Shown: in pieces, positions 1 to 12,716 of the stretch
Position numbering within the stretch: the stretch's first letter is position 1
How the letters are laid out: each line of letters begins with the position of its first letter
DNA from: Chiloscyllium plagiosum
Taxonomy: Eukaryota
Reading direction: 5' to 3'
DNA length: 49,666 nucleotides
NCBI RefSeq assembly: GCF_004010195.1
Contig: NC_057749.1
Coordinates: 13,077,276 to 13,126,941, forward strand
The notes under the pieces: generated by a model
Databases searched by the model: none
What the model was told of the DNA's origin: nothing
Seen by the model: only the letters and a program-made list of their open reading frames with translations
Position numbers and translations under genes: made by a program

Positions 1-271
1 TGGTTGGTCCGGGTGTCCCAGAGGTGTTCTCTGAAACATTCCGCAAGTAGGCGGCCTGTCTTCCACCTATCGCATTTCCAACGCCCCTCCCCCAAGTCCC
101 TCCTCCCTACCTTTTATCTTAGCCTGCTGGACACACTTTCCTCATTCCTGAAGAAGGGCTTATGCCTGAAACGTCGATTCTCCTGTTCCTTGGATGCTGC
201 CTGACCTGCTGCGCTTTTCCAGCAATACATTTTCAGCTCTGATCTCCAGCATCTGCAGCCCTCACTTTCTC
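1..271. mobile_element. Penelope-like element end: inverted GIY-YIG fragment (1-60) plus forward pseudo-LTR with hammerhead core (148-175)
   Basis: 1-60 resembles the GIY-YIG region at about 2190-2250; CTGAAGAAGGGCTTATGCCTGAAACGTC is followed by the same tail as other copies. Confidence 0.8.
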
Positions 272-368
272 CTCGGTTTCATAAGCAGCCAATCAAACTG
301 TAAACCACTGTGATCGAAGGATTCTCAGTCACCAAAATAAAATCGACATTGGATTGAGCTATTATTAT

Positions 369-652
369 GGCACGGTGGCTCAGTGATTACCACTGCTGCC
401 TCGCAGCGCCAGGGACCCGGGTTCGATTCCAGCTTCAGGTGACCGTCTGTGTGGAGTTTGCACATTCTCCCTGTGTCTGCATGGGTTTCCTCCCACAGTC
501 CAAAGGTCAGGTGAATGGCCATGCTAAATTGCCCATAGTGATAGATGCATTCGTAGGGAGTAGGGGAATGGGTCTGGGTGGGTTGGAAAATTTGGTGTGG
601 ACTTGTTGGGCTGAAGGGCCTGTTTCCACACTGTAGGGAATCTAATCTAATC
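369..652 (+). mobile_element. HE1-type tRNA-derived SINE
   Basis: A box TGGCTCAGTG, B box GGTTCGATTCC, CR1-like 3' end, (TCTAA)n tail; several copies in window. Confidence 0.85.
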
Positions 653-979
653 ACACTGGCTTAAAATATCTACATTTTGGTCTGGAAGCCATAAACTTTC
701 CAAGTTGTCAAGACTCCATAAACTAACAGATTTTCTCCTTCAAGTTCAAACCTGACTGAGAATAAACATTGATATCTTGTGATTTACAGGCTTGGAATGA
801 TGCTGCCGAAACACCCTGGCTGTGGAGGTGAGATGAGTCCATTGCTAACACATGCATGCTGTATTGTGCCCAATAAAAAAAAAATTGCATTTATGTAAAA
901 CCTTTCATGATCCCAGGAAATTCCAAAGCAATAGTGAATAAGGTGAAGTCATGGTAGTGTGGGAAATATGGTGAAACAA

Positions 980-1196
980 TGTTAGGGGTAGATTCTTTAC
1001 TCAGCGAGTCGTGAGTTCATGGAATGCCCTGCCAGTAGCAGTGATGGACTCTCCCTCTTTATGGGCATTTAAACGGGCATTGGATAGGCATATGGAGGAT
1101 AGTGGGCTAGTGTAGGTTAGGTGGGCTTGGATCGGCGCAACATCGAGGGCCAAAGGGCCTGTACTGCGCTGTATTTTTCTATGTTCTATGTTCTAT
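980..1196 (+). mobile_element. CR1 LINE 3' end
   Basis: Near-identical to about 43745-43950; (TATGTTC)n tail. Confidence 0.8.
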
Positions 1197-1289
1197 TCTC
1201 TATGTGCCTATGCAGGTTTCCTCCCACAGTCCAAAGATTTGCAGCTTAAATAGGTTGTTGTACTTAAATGCATGCAGCATACAAAACAA

Positions 1290-1704
1290 GGTCAAATCAA
1301 GTTTGTAGCGGATCTCAAGAAAAGGAATTTGTCTACAAGATGGCTTTTTGGAGCACCTTGTGGTCGACCCTGCTGGGAACAGGCAATACTGGACATGATG
1401 ATGTGTAATGGGGCAGACTGGATTATGGAGCTTAAGGTGAAGGGACCCCTAGGAGCAGTGACTATAATATGATTGAATTCACCCTGCAGTTTGAGAGGGA
1501 GAAGCTGGAATCACTTGTAATGGTATTATAATTGAATAAAGGGAACAACAAAGGCATGAGGGAGGAGCTGGCCAGAGTTGATTGGAATGGGAGCTCAGCA
1601 GGGAAGGTGGTGGAGCAGCGATGGCAGGGGGTTTCTGGAGAAAACTCAGGAGCATAGCAGAGATTCATCCCGAGGAAGATGAGGCACACTGAAGGGAGGA
1701 TGAG
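1290..1704 (+). mobile_element. CR1 LINE endonuclease-region fragment, degenerate
   Basis: CLQDGFLEH..EQAILD..GPLG.SD.N motifs of the CR1 APE domain. Confidence 0.75.
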
Positions 1705-2815
1705 TCAAGAATGTGGTGCTGGAAAAGCACAGCAGATCAGGCAGCATCCGAGGACCAGGAGAATCGATGCTTTGGGCAAAAGCCCTTCATCAGGAATGAA
1801 GCTGGGAGCCTTGGGGGTGGAGAGATAAATGAGAGGGGGGTGAAGCTGGAGAGAAGATAGTTGAGAATGCGATAGGTAGATGAAGGTGAGGGAGAAGGTG
1901 ATAGGTTGGAGAGGAGGGGGGAAGGAAGATTGACAGGTAGGACAGGTCATGAGGATGGTGCTGGGTTGGAAGGTTGGAACTGAGATAAAGTGGGGGGAGG
2001 GGAAATGAGAAAACTGGCGAAATTCAGGTTGATGCCCTGGGGTTAGAGGGTCCCAAGGCAGAAGATGAAGCATTCTATCTCCAGGTGTTGGGTGGTAAAG
2101 GACTGGCAATGGAGGAGGCCCAGGACCTGCATGTATTTGGCGGAGTGGAAGGGGGAGTTGAAGTGTTCGGCCACAGGGCTGTGGGGTTGATTGGTGCGGG
2201 TGTCCCAGAGATGTTCTCTGAAATGCTCTGCGAGGAGGTGTCCAGTCTCCCCAGTGTAGAGGAGACCACATCGGGAGCAACGGATACAATAAATTATATT
2301 GGTGGATGAGCAGATGAAACTTTGATGGATGTGGAAGGCTCCTTTGGGGCCTTGGATGGAGGTGAGGGAGGAGGTGTGGGTGCAGGTTTTGCAATTCCTG
2401 CAGTGGCAGGGAAGGGTGCCAGGGGGGGAGGGTGGGTTGTTGGGGGCGTGGACCTGACGAGGTAGTTGTGGAAGGAACAATCTTTGTGGAAAGTGGATAG
2501 GGATGGGGAAGGAAATATATCCCTGGTGGTGGGGTTTGTGTGTAGGTGGCAGAAATGCACAGAATGATGCGACGTATATGGAGGTTGGTGAGGTGGATGG
2601 TCCGGGGATGGGGGGGGTTTCTGTCCTTGTTGTAGTTGGAAGGGTGGGGTTCGAGGATGGAGATACGGGACATGGATGAGATGCGCTGGAGGGCATTATT
2701 AACCATGTGGGAGGGGAAATTGCGGTTTCTGAAGATGTGTTCTGTGGTGGAACTGGTCCTCATGGGAGCAGATGCAGCAGAGGCAAAGGAGTTGACAATA
2801 AGAGATAGCATATTT
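1705..2815 (-). mobile_element. Penelope-like retroelement 3' part (GIY-YIG endonuclease plus pseudo-LTR)
   Basis: ORF 2043-2696: CHCRNCKTC...NIIYCIRCSRCGLLYTGET..LAEHFREH...PVAEHF...LGTL; degenerate hammerhead core at about 1764-1793. Confidence 0.92.
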
Positions 2816-2821
2816 ACAGGT

Positions 2822-3845
2822 GGATAGAATTCTTTGAGGAGGTAAGGAGCAAGTTAGACAAAGGAGGGCCAGTGGACATGACCTATCTGGATTTCCAGAA
2901 GGTCTTTGACAAAGTGCTACACAGGAGGCTGCTAAATAAGATAGGAGCCCACCGTGTTAGGGGCAAGGTACTGGAATGGGCAAAGGATTGGCTGACTGGC
3001 AGAAGGCAGAGAGTGGGGACAAAGAGGTCTTTTTCAGGATGGCAACCCATTGACTAGTGGAGTTCTGTAAGGGTCAGTATTGGGATCACAACTGTTCAAG
3101 TTATACATTAATGATCTGGACCAAGCAACTGGGGGCATTGTTGCTAAGTTTGCAGGTGGCAGAGAGATAGGTGGAGGGAGAGGTAGTGTTCAGGAAGTGG
3201 GGAGGTGCAGTAGGACTAGACAGGCTAGGAGAATGAGTTAAGAGGTACAGATGGCATACAACTTGGGGAAAGTGTGAGGTTATGCACATTGGTCGGAGGA
3301 ATAGAGGCATGGACTATTTTCTAATGGGGGAAAGGCTTCAGAAATATGAAACACAAAGGGATATGGGAGTTCTAGTTCAGGATTCTCTTGTGGTTAACAT
3401 ACAGGTTCAGTGGGCAGTAAAGGAGGCAAATACAATGTTGGCATTCATTTCAAGAAAGCTAGAATATAAGAGCAGAGATGAAGGGGGATCTGATTGAAAC
3501 TTACAGAATACTGGATAGAGTAGATGTTGGGAAGATGTTCCCTCTAGTATGACAGACCAGGATCTGAGGGCATAGCCTCAGAGTGAAGGGACAACCCTAT
3601 GGAACTGAAAATGAGGAGGAATTTCTTCGGCTAGAGGGTGGTGAATCTGTGAAACTCTTTGCAGTAAAGGCTGTGAAGGCCAAGTCATTGAGTGTATTTA
3701 AGACAGAGATAGATAGGGCCTTGATTGGTAAGGGGATTGAGACAGGACAGTGGGGTTGAGGAATATATCAGCCATGTTTGAACGGCGCAACAGACTCAAT
3801 GGACCGAATGGCCTAATTCTGCTCCAACATCTTATGGCTTTATGG
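2822..3845 (+). mobile_element. CR1 LINE RT and 3' end, degenerate
   Basis: YLDFQKVFDKVLHRRLLNK..., MHIGRRNRG..., 3' microsatellite tail. Confidence 0.9.
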
Positions 3846-3920
3846 TCAAAAGAAGCAAACATGAGGTTAGAACATATTTTTTCAGCCAGTGAGTAGTTAG
3901 AATGCACTGCCTTGAAACGA

Positions 3921-5025
3921 TGGTCACATGACACCAGGTTATGGTCCAACGGGTTTATTTGAAATCACAATCACACCTGTATCTCCAAGGACTAGGGCAG
4001 CAGATACATGGGAACACCAGTACCTGCAAGCTCCCTACCAAGCCATCCTGGCAAGAAAATGTATCACTGCTTCTTCACTGCCGCTGGGTCAAAACCCTGG
4101 AATTGCCTCCCTGATGGCATTGTGAGTTAACCTAGAGTGGGCGGACAGCAGCGTTTAAGAAGGCAGCTCACCACCACCTTCTCAAGGAAATGAGGAACAT
4201 GCAATAAATGCTGGCCAGTCAGCAACATCCACATCCCATGAATTAATTTTAAAAAAAATTATATCCACTGCTCCTTTGTCAGGTGGACGAAGAAAACAGT
4301 CAGCTACAGAATTTATAGGCAGACAGTTCAAAAGATCACATAAACGGTGTGAGTGAAGTGTTGACTGGCTGAATACTAAATCTCTGCAGGTGATCAAAAA
4401 TGTCAAATGGGGTGGGTAAAATGTCAGCAGCTGAATAGCAATTGAAGGGAGGGCTTATGATCTAATTATCGAGACAGGGAGATGGATGCAAAACAATTAA
4501 AAATAAGGTGGTGCTGGAGACGGTGAGGGAACAAATCTATCGGAGCTTTATTGGAGCCACATTCTCACACCATTCTTCTCCAGTCCCCAGGAGCTGGGTC
4601 AAGATGTAAAGCCCTTGAAATGTCCACATGGCTGGAATAAAATGATAGGTATAAGAATTGCATGCAGAGGATCTAACGAAAGTAACAAGTAATCCAAAAC
4701 TGTACAAACTGAGGTCGAGAGGTCATAACAAGTTATCAAGTGATGGTGTCTCAATAATTGGAATATAGGCCAACCTTTCACATCCTAGTCAGCTGCTGAC
4801 ATTTTACTTACCCCATCTGACAGTTTTGATCACCTGCAGAGATTTATTATTCAACCTATTGACAGTCCACTCACACCATTTGTATGATCGTCTGATCTCT
4901 CAGCCTATAAATTCTATGCCTATTTGCTTCTCTTCATTCTACTTGATAAAGGAGCAGTGCTCCAAAATCTTGTGATTTCAATACATCTGTTGGACTATAA
5001 CCTGGTGTCATGTGACTTCTGACCT
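3921..5025. mobile_element. Palindromic Penelope-like composite (second family) with a nested LINE tail (about 3971-4260) and a captured local sequence
   Basis: Inverted arms 4307-4437 vs 4785-4915 and 3921-3970 vs about 4970-5018; decayed hammerhead cores at about 4266-4285 (-) and 4940-4970 (+). Confidence 0.7.
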
Positions 5026-5499
5026 TGCTTTCCTGGCAACACCAAGGGCGAGGACAGTGTGGATGAGTCATGTTGGACGTTGGTGTCTGAATCACTGTTT
5101 TCCAGAAGGAGGAGGCAGAACGTTCAGGCCATGAGAGTGAATGGGGGGAATGTGGGCATTTCAAGGGCTTTGCACCTTGACTCAGCTCCTGGAGACTGGA
5201 GAAGAATGGTGTGAGAATGTGGCTCCAATAGATTTGTTCCCTCACACAGTTCAGCCAAGCTTGCATTGTCAACATCGAGATTAGAGATGGAGCTTTCAAA
5301 AGTTGACTTTCTTACATTGATGTCACAGTGTTTACAAAAACCAGGCAACTCAGCATTTCTTGTTGAGTAATTCTAATTTCTTCCTTGTGTATTTTGTTTG
5401 TGTCTTCTCTGGGAGAAGGGGGTTATCTTTTGTAAAATGGAGACTAAGAACAGCGGACAGTGCTCTGTGGTCGAACCAGGTTTACTTTTTTAACATCAT

Positions 5500-6735
5500 T
5501 CTCCTGCTGATTGTCACATACCGTCCCCCCTCAGATGCTGAATTGGTACTCCTCCATGTTAAACAACACCTACAGAAAGCACTGAGAATGGCAAGGGCAC
5601 AGAATGTCCTCTGGGTGGGGGATTTCAATGTCCACCATCAGGGGTGGCTCAGCAGCAGCGTTACTGATCGCGCTGGTTGGGTCCTACAGGACATCGCTGC
5701 TAGACTGGGTCTGTGGCAGGTGGGGGGGCAATCTACAAGAGGGAAAAACATACTTGCTCATCCTGACCAATCTGCCAGCTGCAGATGTATCTGTCCATGA
5801 CTGTATCAGTAACAGTGACCATCGCACAGTCCTTGTGGAGACAAAGTCCCACCTTCACATTGAGAATACCCTCCATCGTGCTGTGTGACACTATCACCGT
5901 GCTAAATGGGACAGACTTCAAACTGATCTAGCAACTCGAGACTGGGTATCCATGAGGCATTGTGGGCCATCAACAGCAGCAGAACTGTCCTCCAGCACGA
6001 TCTGTAACCTCATGGCCTGGCATATCCCCCACTCAACCATTACCATCAAGCCAGGGGATCAACCCTGGTTCAATGGAGAGTGCAGGAGGGCATGCCAGGA
6101 GCAGCACCAGGTATACCTGATGGTGAGGTGTCAACCTGGTGAAGCCCCCAAACAGGATTACTTACATGCCAAACAGCATAAACAGCAAGTGGTAGGCAGA
6201 GCTAAGTGATCCCACAACCAATGGATCAGGTCTAAGCTCTACAGTCCTGTCACATCCAGTCAAGAATGATGGTAGATGATTAAACAACTCATTAACTGAA
6301 ACAGACTGTGTCCATGTTCAGCAAAACCTGGACAATATCCAGGCTTGGGTTGCTTAGTACCATTCATGCCATGAAAGTGCCAGCCAGTGATCATCTCCAA
6401 TTGGAGACAATCAAACTATTGCTCCTTGATATTCAATGGCATTATCATCACTGAGCCTCCAGCATCCTGAGAGTTACCATTGACCAGAAGCGGAACAGGA
6501 GCAGACAATTAAATACAACCAAGAGCAGGTCAGAATCCTGCAGTGAGTAACTCACCTCCTGACTCCCCAAAACCTATCCATCCTCAAGGCACAAGTCAGG
6601 AATCTGATAGAATACTCCCCATTTGTCTTGTCACTCAGTCAAAATCCTAGAATTCCCTCACTAAGGGCATTGTGGGTCACCCTCCAATAGGACTGCAGTG
6701 GTTCAAGAAGGCAGCTCACCCCCACCTTCCCAAGG
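5500..6735 (+). mobile_element. Non-LTR retrotransposon (L2/CR1-group), APE endonuclease to 3' end, internally deleted
   Basis: TYRPPS...VGDFNVHH...SDHRTVLV...PWFNGEC; 3' end shared with about 4000-4250, 24860-25030 and 34900-35510. Confidence 0.85.
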
Positions 6736-6967
6736 CCAAGCTGATAGAAAAATCCTCACTGTTCTATATTTCAATATGAGCTGTAAACCAAGTCAACCAT
6801 ATCACATTGCCAGGCAACATTTCAGGAACATTCCCCGATTAATTTTGCTTGGAACACAAAGCTAAGAATCGTACATATAGAAAATCAGACACATCACATC
6901 CAGATCTGATTAACTCTGGTGGGTTTGCGTAAAGAATTTGAATTTGAATTTGAATCTAGATTGAAAT

Positions 6968-7150
6968 GAAAACAAAACCAGAAATAGCTGGAGAAATTCA
7001 GCAGGTCTGGCAGCATCTGTGAGGAGAAAGCAGAATTAATATTTTGACTCTGCTGCCTCTTTGTCAGAATACATTCTGAAATGCTTCCAGACCTGTTCAA
7101 TTTCTCCAACTATTCATTTCCGTTTCAGATTTCCAGCATTCTAGTTGTTC
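6968..7150. mobile_element. Old palindromic PLE-end element
   Basis: gctggagaaattcagcaggtctggcagcat ... atgcttccagacctgttcaatttctcc inverted arms. Confidence 0.6.
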
Positions 7151-7589
7151 ATTTTTTGAAAAAGTGTTTCCTCAATTTGGTTGTAGCTCATGAACAGAGA
7201 AAAATCGATAAAGATGACACTTGCTCAGAGAGGTGATATGATCCAAGAGAATTCGTCAGCGTTGGGGATAGTCCTTCTGGAAAGAGAAATGTGAGAGTGA
7301 CCTGATGGAGACCTTTCAGGTTGTACAAAGATGCAACAAAATGCTGCCACAAGTCTAGGTGCCGAGGCAATCAATATCAGGAAATCACCAAAATATCCAT
7401 CAGGATTTCAGGCAAGTGCCTTCACCCAGAGTGTGGTGAATAACGAGGTACATTTAGGGAGAACTAGGGCAGCACGAGGGAGAAAGGATGAGCAGGATCC
7501 AGTGATCCTGGAGGAACTAGGAGGTTAACCATGACTACAGACATTGGCAAGGACTAGATGAAGCAAATGGTTTACTTTTGTTCTGTGAA

Positions 7590-7759
7590 GAGAAAGTGAG
7601 GTCTGCAGACGCTGGAGATCAAAGTTGAAACTTTATTGCTGGAACAGCACAGCAGGTCAGGCAGCATCCAGGGAAGAAGGGCATGTGCCCGAAACGTCGA
7701 ATCTCCTGTTCCCTGGATGCTGCCTGACCTGCTGTGCTGTTCCAGCAATAAAGTTTCAA
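7590..7759. mobile_element. Palindromic PLE-end insertion with 14-bp TSD
   Basis: Inverted arms; TTTTGTTCTGTGAA at 7576-7589 and 7760-7773. Confidence 0.9.
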
Positions 7760-8232
7760 TTTTGTTCTGTGAACCCTTGGTAACACTCTGTAAATGATGC
7801 AGGATTTGCGAATTACTGGGGCTGGGAGATGTGTGTCTGTGAATACACTGCACACCCAGGTAAAGAGGAACCAAGAATTAGGTCCTTCCCAAAACCTTCC
7901 TTTCATCGAGGTAAGTGCCAAACAGAGACACAGGCTATGGTTCCTGCAGGAATTTCCATCTTTACCACAGTGTGGTGACTGACTGGGAATCTGGCAATCC
8001 AAACTAAACCAGGGAGAACTGAACTCTGATAGGTACAGGCTATAACAACACTGTGACTTTGGATAGCTTCAGTTTGGTGACCTTTCAGAATGCAATGATT
8101 GGAAACGTTCACACTGTCTCACCCTCCGCAGATATTGTCTGTGTATACCCAGCCTTTTGTGTTTTTGTTTTGAATGAAAAAGCATCAGGTTCATGGATTT
8201 ATTGACTGAGGTTTAGCTTCTTGAGATTTATA

Positions 8233-8356
8233 CTTTATTTTTGAGTTAACCTATTCAGAGATGCTATTCCACACCTCTGGAGCAGGTAGGACTTGAACCC
8301 AGGGCTCTTGGTTCAGGGAATAGAGACATAACCACTGCACCACAAGAGGGCCCTTA
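8233..8356 (-). mobile_element. Short tRNA-derived SINE with 12-bp TSD
   Basis: A box TGGTGCAGTGG, B box GGTTCAAGTCC; TTGAGATTTATA at 8221-8232 and 8357-8368. Confidence 0.7.
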
Positions 8357-10035
8357 TTGAGATTTATAAGGTTGGAAATAGCTTAGGTATCTGTAATTCA
8401 ATCTTGCACAGGAAATGGAAGAGTTTGGTCTTTTGGGATTGCACATTTCAATTAGATTTAATTAGAGATGGCAGTGGGTGTGTAATTATTCATTCAGATC
8501 TAAATTTTGAAAGCAGTATTACTGGGCTTGTTGCTCTTATTTATAAAATAAAGAATTGGATCATTCTTTAGTTCTTCAATCTGAAGGTTAATATTCTGAC
8601 TGTTTACACCTGTGATTACAGGGTCAACAGAGTGACCGTAACATGAAGGATATTAAGGCTTCTGGATTGGGGGAGGAATGGGTTTCAACACCCAACGAAG
8701 GGTTGCTCTTCCCAGTCTTCACTGAAGATTCCCTGCTATTCACAGTTCCCAGTGAAACAGAGAATCTTCAGCTAGACTGCAGAATCTTCTTGAACAATCA
8801 GTATGAGGGCAGCGTGTCAAACAGGACTGGAGAACATAACACTTAGAAAATGGTCCACAAGAGATTAATTTCCATTAAACCTTTTCTGGCAGTTTTTAAA
8901 AAAAATCTATGATGACTCAGAGTCATTGTAACTCTGTATTTTTAAACAGTTTCAATATTATGCAGCAAAAACCAGGATTCATTTGTTGATAGATATTATT
9001 ATTAACGCCCATGGCTGTGGTGAAATGAAGGGTGTCCCAGTCCCTTGCTCTGATTGGTTTAGTCACCAACATGAATAGTACAGTCTAGAACATCCTGAGA
9101 TGAGTTGCCTGAAGGCTGAGATATTTGATGAGCAGTTGAAGTTGTTCCAAGGATTGTGTCCTTCATTTGTGGACACACTAATCCCATGTCACCTCAGTCC
9201 TACTGGAACATAGGGCTGCTCTCTTATTAGAGAGAGAGATTGCTGGTAGTGAGTTTAACCTGAGGGTCACTGTGCCTCAGGCAAGGGGAGGTGTTGAGAA
9301 AGTGTATCTTTCAGGGTAACCACACTCTCAATATTTTGGACATGACTAATGTAATCCTAAAATCTGGATTAGAAAGTGGGCTCTTTCTTGGCTGCAGGAT
9401 ACAGAGAAATCTCAGGAGACTTATCAAGTCAGAAAAGAGGAGATTCCATATGGGATCATTCCAAACTTGACAAGAGTACTGATGGAGTTCACAGAGACAA
9501 AAGGATTTGTGACAAACTGTGTTCAAATGTCAGAAGATGCAGGTTAAATGTCAGGGCTTAGCAACAAGAAGACAGCTTTCTGATATTTTTCTCGGAATGA
9601 GTGAATGGAGAAATTTCAAGAGCCAGCTTCTCAGAATATCCTCCAAACCATTGACAGCCAATGAATAACTATGGAAATGTCGATACTTCTGTGTCCTATT
9701 CAAGCTTAACAGTCAATCAATGCACAGCAAGCTCACACGAAGAAAAGAGAAGGTACACATTTACAAACTGCACTGGCTCTTTCAGTCAGATATCAAATCA
9801 GTGACTCACTCACCACAGCAGGGCCACTTACAACAAACTTCCCGCTCTGAAAGCTGCTCTGCCAAAGTTGCATCTTTCTATAATAATGTCAATGTATCAT
9901 TTACTCCACAGTATTATTCAGTGCTCCATTAATCAATGATTCACTCAGATTTCCCCTAAACGTCAAAATGCCTTGTCCCACAATGTCACATCAACTAAAG
10001 AGGTGAAATTCCTGAGTTATTTCTTAATAACTCCC

Positions 10036-10380
10036 AGGACAGTGTAGAAGGAGCGTTACTCTGTATCCAACCCTATGCTGTCCCTGTCCTGGGAGTGTTT
10101 GATGGGGACAGTGCAGAGGGAGCTTTACTCTGTATCTAACCCCATGCAGTCCCTGTCCTGGGAGTGTTTGATGGGGGACAGTGTAGAGGGAGCTTTACTC
10201 TGTATCTAACCCCGTGCTGTCCCTGTCCAGGAATGGGAGTGGACAGTGTAGAGGGAGCTTTACTCTGTAACTAACCCCATGCTGTCCCTGTCCAGGGAGT
10301 GTTTGATATGTAACAGTGTAGAGGGAGCTTTCCTCTGTAACTAACCCCATGCTGTCCCTGCCCTGATAGAGACAGTGTGC
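10036..10380. repeat. Minisatellite of about 70 bp, about 5 copies
   Basis: Unit GGGACAGTGTAGAGGGAGCTTTACTCTGTATCTAACCCCGTGCTGTCCCTGTCCTGGGAGTGTTTGAT. Confidence 0.95.
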
Positions 10381-11661
10381 TGACTTTGCTGAAGTTAAAT
10401 CTATGAATTTTAATGGAAAGCAATGTTCAGCGTGATTCCTGTTGCGAATTTTCACTCACGACCTGCTCAGCAATGTATTAATTTGGAAAGAAACAAATTT
10501 GTTCAGAGGTTTGTTAAATCGATGGCGCTGGTTGAGTCTGAATTAATTGGTGCTCTCCAAACCAGGCTGAGCTATATGTCTCATTAGAGTAAGTCAGATA
10601 TTCAGGCCTTAATGTTACGAATATGACGAGGAAAGGGATAGGTCCCCAAAGACTTAATCGCCACTCAATTGAACAATTTGCTCTTTCCCACATACTCACA
10701 GAAGTTTGTTAGTGAGGTAAAGGATTTATTTAAAGAAAGGCAGAAGATTTCTCCTGAATAGTTCCAGCCAGTCTCTTGGCAACAACAATCCAAATTTAAA
10801 CAAATTACTGCTGCATTAGATACTGGGAACTAAATGTTTATTATATCACATTCAAACATTGAGGCATTGTGTGAAAAAAGGATTTCAATAGCGTAGGGCT
10901 TTTACTTTAAATAACTAGCCGGGGAGAGATGAGCAGAATATTTTTAAGTTGTTATGATCTAGAATGTTCTGCCTGAAAGGAAGTGGAAACAAATTCAATA
11001 ATAACTTTCGAAAGGGAATATGTTCAAAGGTGAATAATTTGCTGCTCTCCCAGAGAGAGCAACAGAGCAGAACTAATTTAATTGTACTTTCAATGAGCTG
11101 GCACAGACCCAATGGGCTGAATCGCCTCAGTCTGTATCATTCTACCTTCGCTTAATGGTATGGCATAGACAACAGAACAGGACGTCAATAGTGAAACTAA
11201 TTGGATCTCTGAACTCTCCCGAATTACGGAAAAACATTGACTCACAATTCACAGCAGATTTTCATCACCCACCTGACCAGAAAAATACTCCACAGCAATG
11301 GGGCTTCCCATTTTCTGTTGCTTTTTTCCTTTCTAACACTTTGAGGAAATGCTGAGTAGTTGAACATCTGAATACGAGACCCCAGCAAGATGGCAAACTG
11401 CAGTTTCTCAAGGAAGGAGTGAAAGGAGATGAGTTGGTGAGGGAGGCAACATGAGAAAAGAAGGCAAGAGAGGGAAGGGAATCTTAGTGAGAGGAGGAAA
11501 GGAGAGGGACATCAGGGAGGGTAGGTGGTGAGGGAAGAAGACAAGGCGTGACATTCACAATGAAACAATTCCAGGAAGGACTGTTTGGTGACATTGAGCT
11601 GTAACCATTGTCTGGGGGTTAGAGGAGGAATGAGCTGTCTCATATGAAGGAGACACAAGAC

Positions 11662-12716
11662 ACCCTAACCCTAACCCTAATCCAACCCGAATTCTAACCC
11701 GAACCCTAACCCGAACCCGAACCCAACCCTAATCCTAATCCCTAAACCTAATCCCAACCCAATCCCTAACCATGATATTAGCTCTAACCCGAACCTAAAC
11801 CCTAATCCCTAAACCAAACCCAAACCCTAGCCCTAACCTGAAACCCTAAATGTAATCCCTAACCCTAACCCTAACCCTGGCATTAACTCCAACCCTAACT
11901 CTAACCCGAAACCTAACCCTAACCCTGACATTAACTCTAATCCGAATCCTTACCCTAATCCCTACCCCTAATCCTAATCCCTAACACTAAACCTATCATT
12001 AATCATTAACCCTAATCCCTAAACATAGACTTAATTCCTAACCATAAATCCTAGCCCTTATTCCTAACCCTAATCCTAATCCTATTCTTAACCCTCACCC
12101 TAATATTAACACTAACCCTAATCCTAACCTTAACCCTAACCCTAACCTTAACATTAAACCTAACCTACCCTAACCCTAACATTATCCCTAACCCCACCCT
12201 AACCCTAACCCAACCCTAACCCTAACTCTTAGGGGAAAGATTTAAAAAGGATCAAAGGGACAACTTTTTCACGCAGAGGGTGGTGCGTGTATGGAGTGAG
12301 CTGTCAGAGGAAGTGGTGGAGGTTGGTACAATTGTAACATTTAAAAGGCAACTGGATGGGTTTATGAATAGGAAGGGTTTGGAGGGATTTGGGCCAAATG
12401 CTGGCAAAAGGGACCAAATTAGGTTAGGATATCTGGTCGGCATGGACGAGTTGGACCGAAGGGTCTGTTTCCATACTGTAAATCTCTATGACTCTTTGAC
12501 TAACCCTAACCCTAATCCGAACCTTGAATTCTAACGCTGACCCCTAACCCTTATGCTAACCATAGTCCTAACCTTACTGCCCTAATCCTAACCCCAATCC
12601 TAACCCTAACCCTAACCCAAACCCTAATCCTAACCGTAACTCTAATCTTAACCCTAACACTAACAATAAACCTAACCCTTACCCTAACTCTAACTATAGG
12701 TTAATCCTAATCCCAA
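11662..12716. repeat. Degenerate interstitial telomere-like (CCCTAA)n array, interrupted by a CR1 fragment; short remnant at 14335-14380
   Basis: Runs of CCCTAA/TCCTAA/CCCGAA/CTCTAA. Confidence 0.93.
12231..12498 (+). mobile_element. CR1 (HER1-like) LINE 3' end inside the telomere-like array
   Basis: [47 protein letters not shown] tail. Confidence 0.9.

Noticed and set aside
369..440. tRNA gene
   Set aside because: The A/B boxes belong to a SINE head that continues into a SINE body and tail.
1705..2811. 368-aa ORF as a host gene
   Set aside because: Frameshifted read-through of a Penelope-like element.
4283..4320. Apparent acceptor ctcctttgtcag|GTGGAC
   Set aside because: It is the reverse complement of a decayed PLE hammerhead region.
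7803..8846. Possible plus-strand exons 7803-7910 (strong GAG|gtaagt donor) and 8622-8846, which join in frame
   Set aside because: Weak acceptor, no recognisable protein and no support beyond splice-like motifs.
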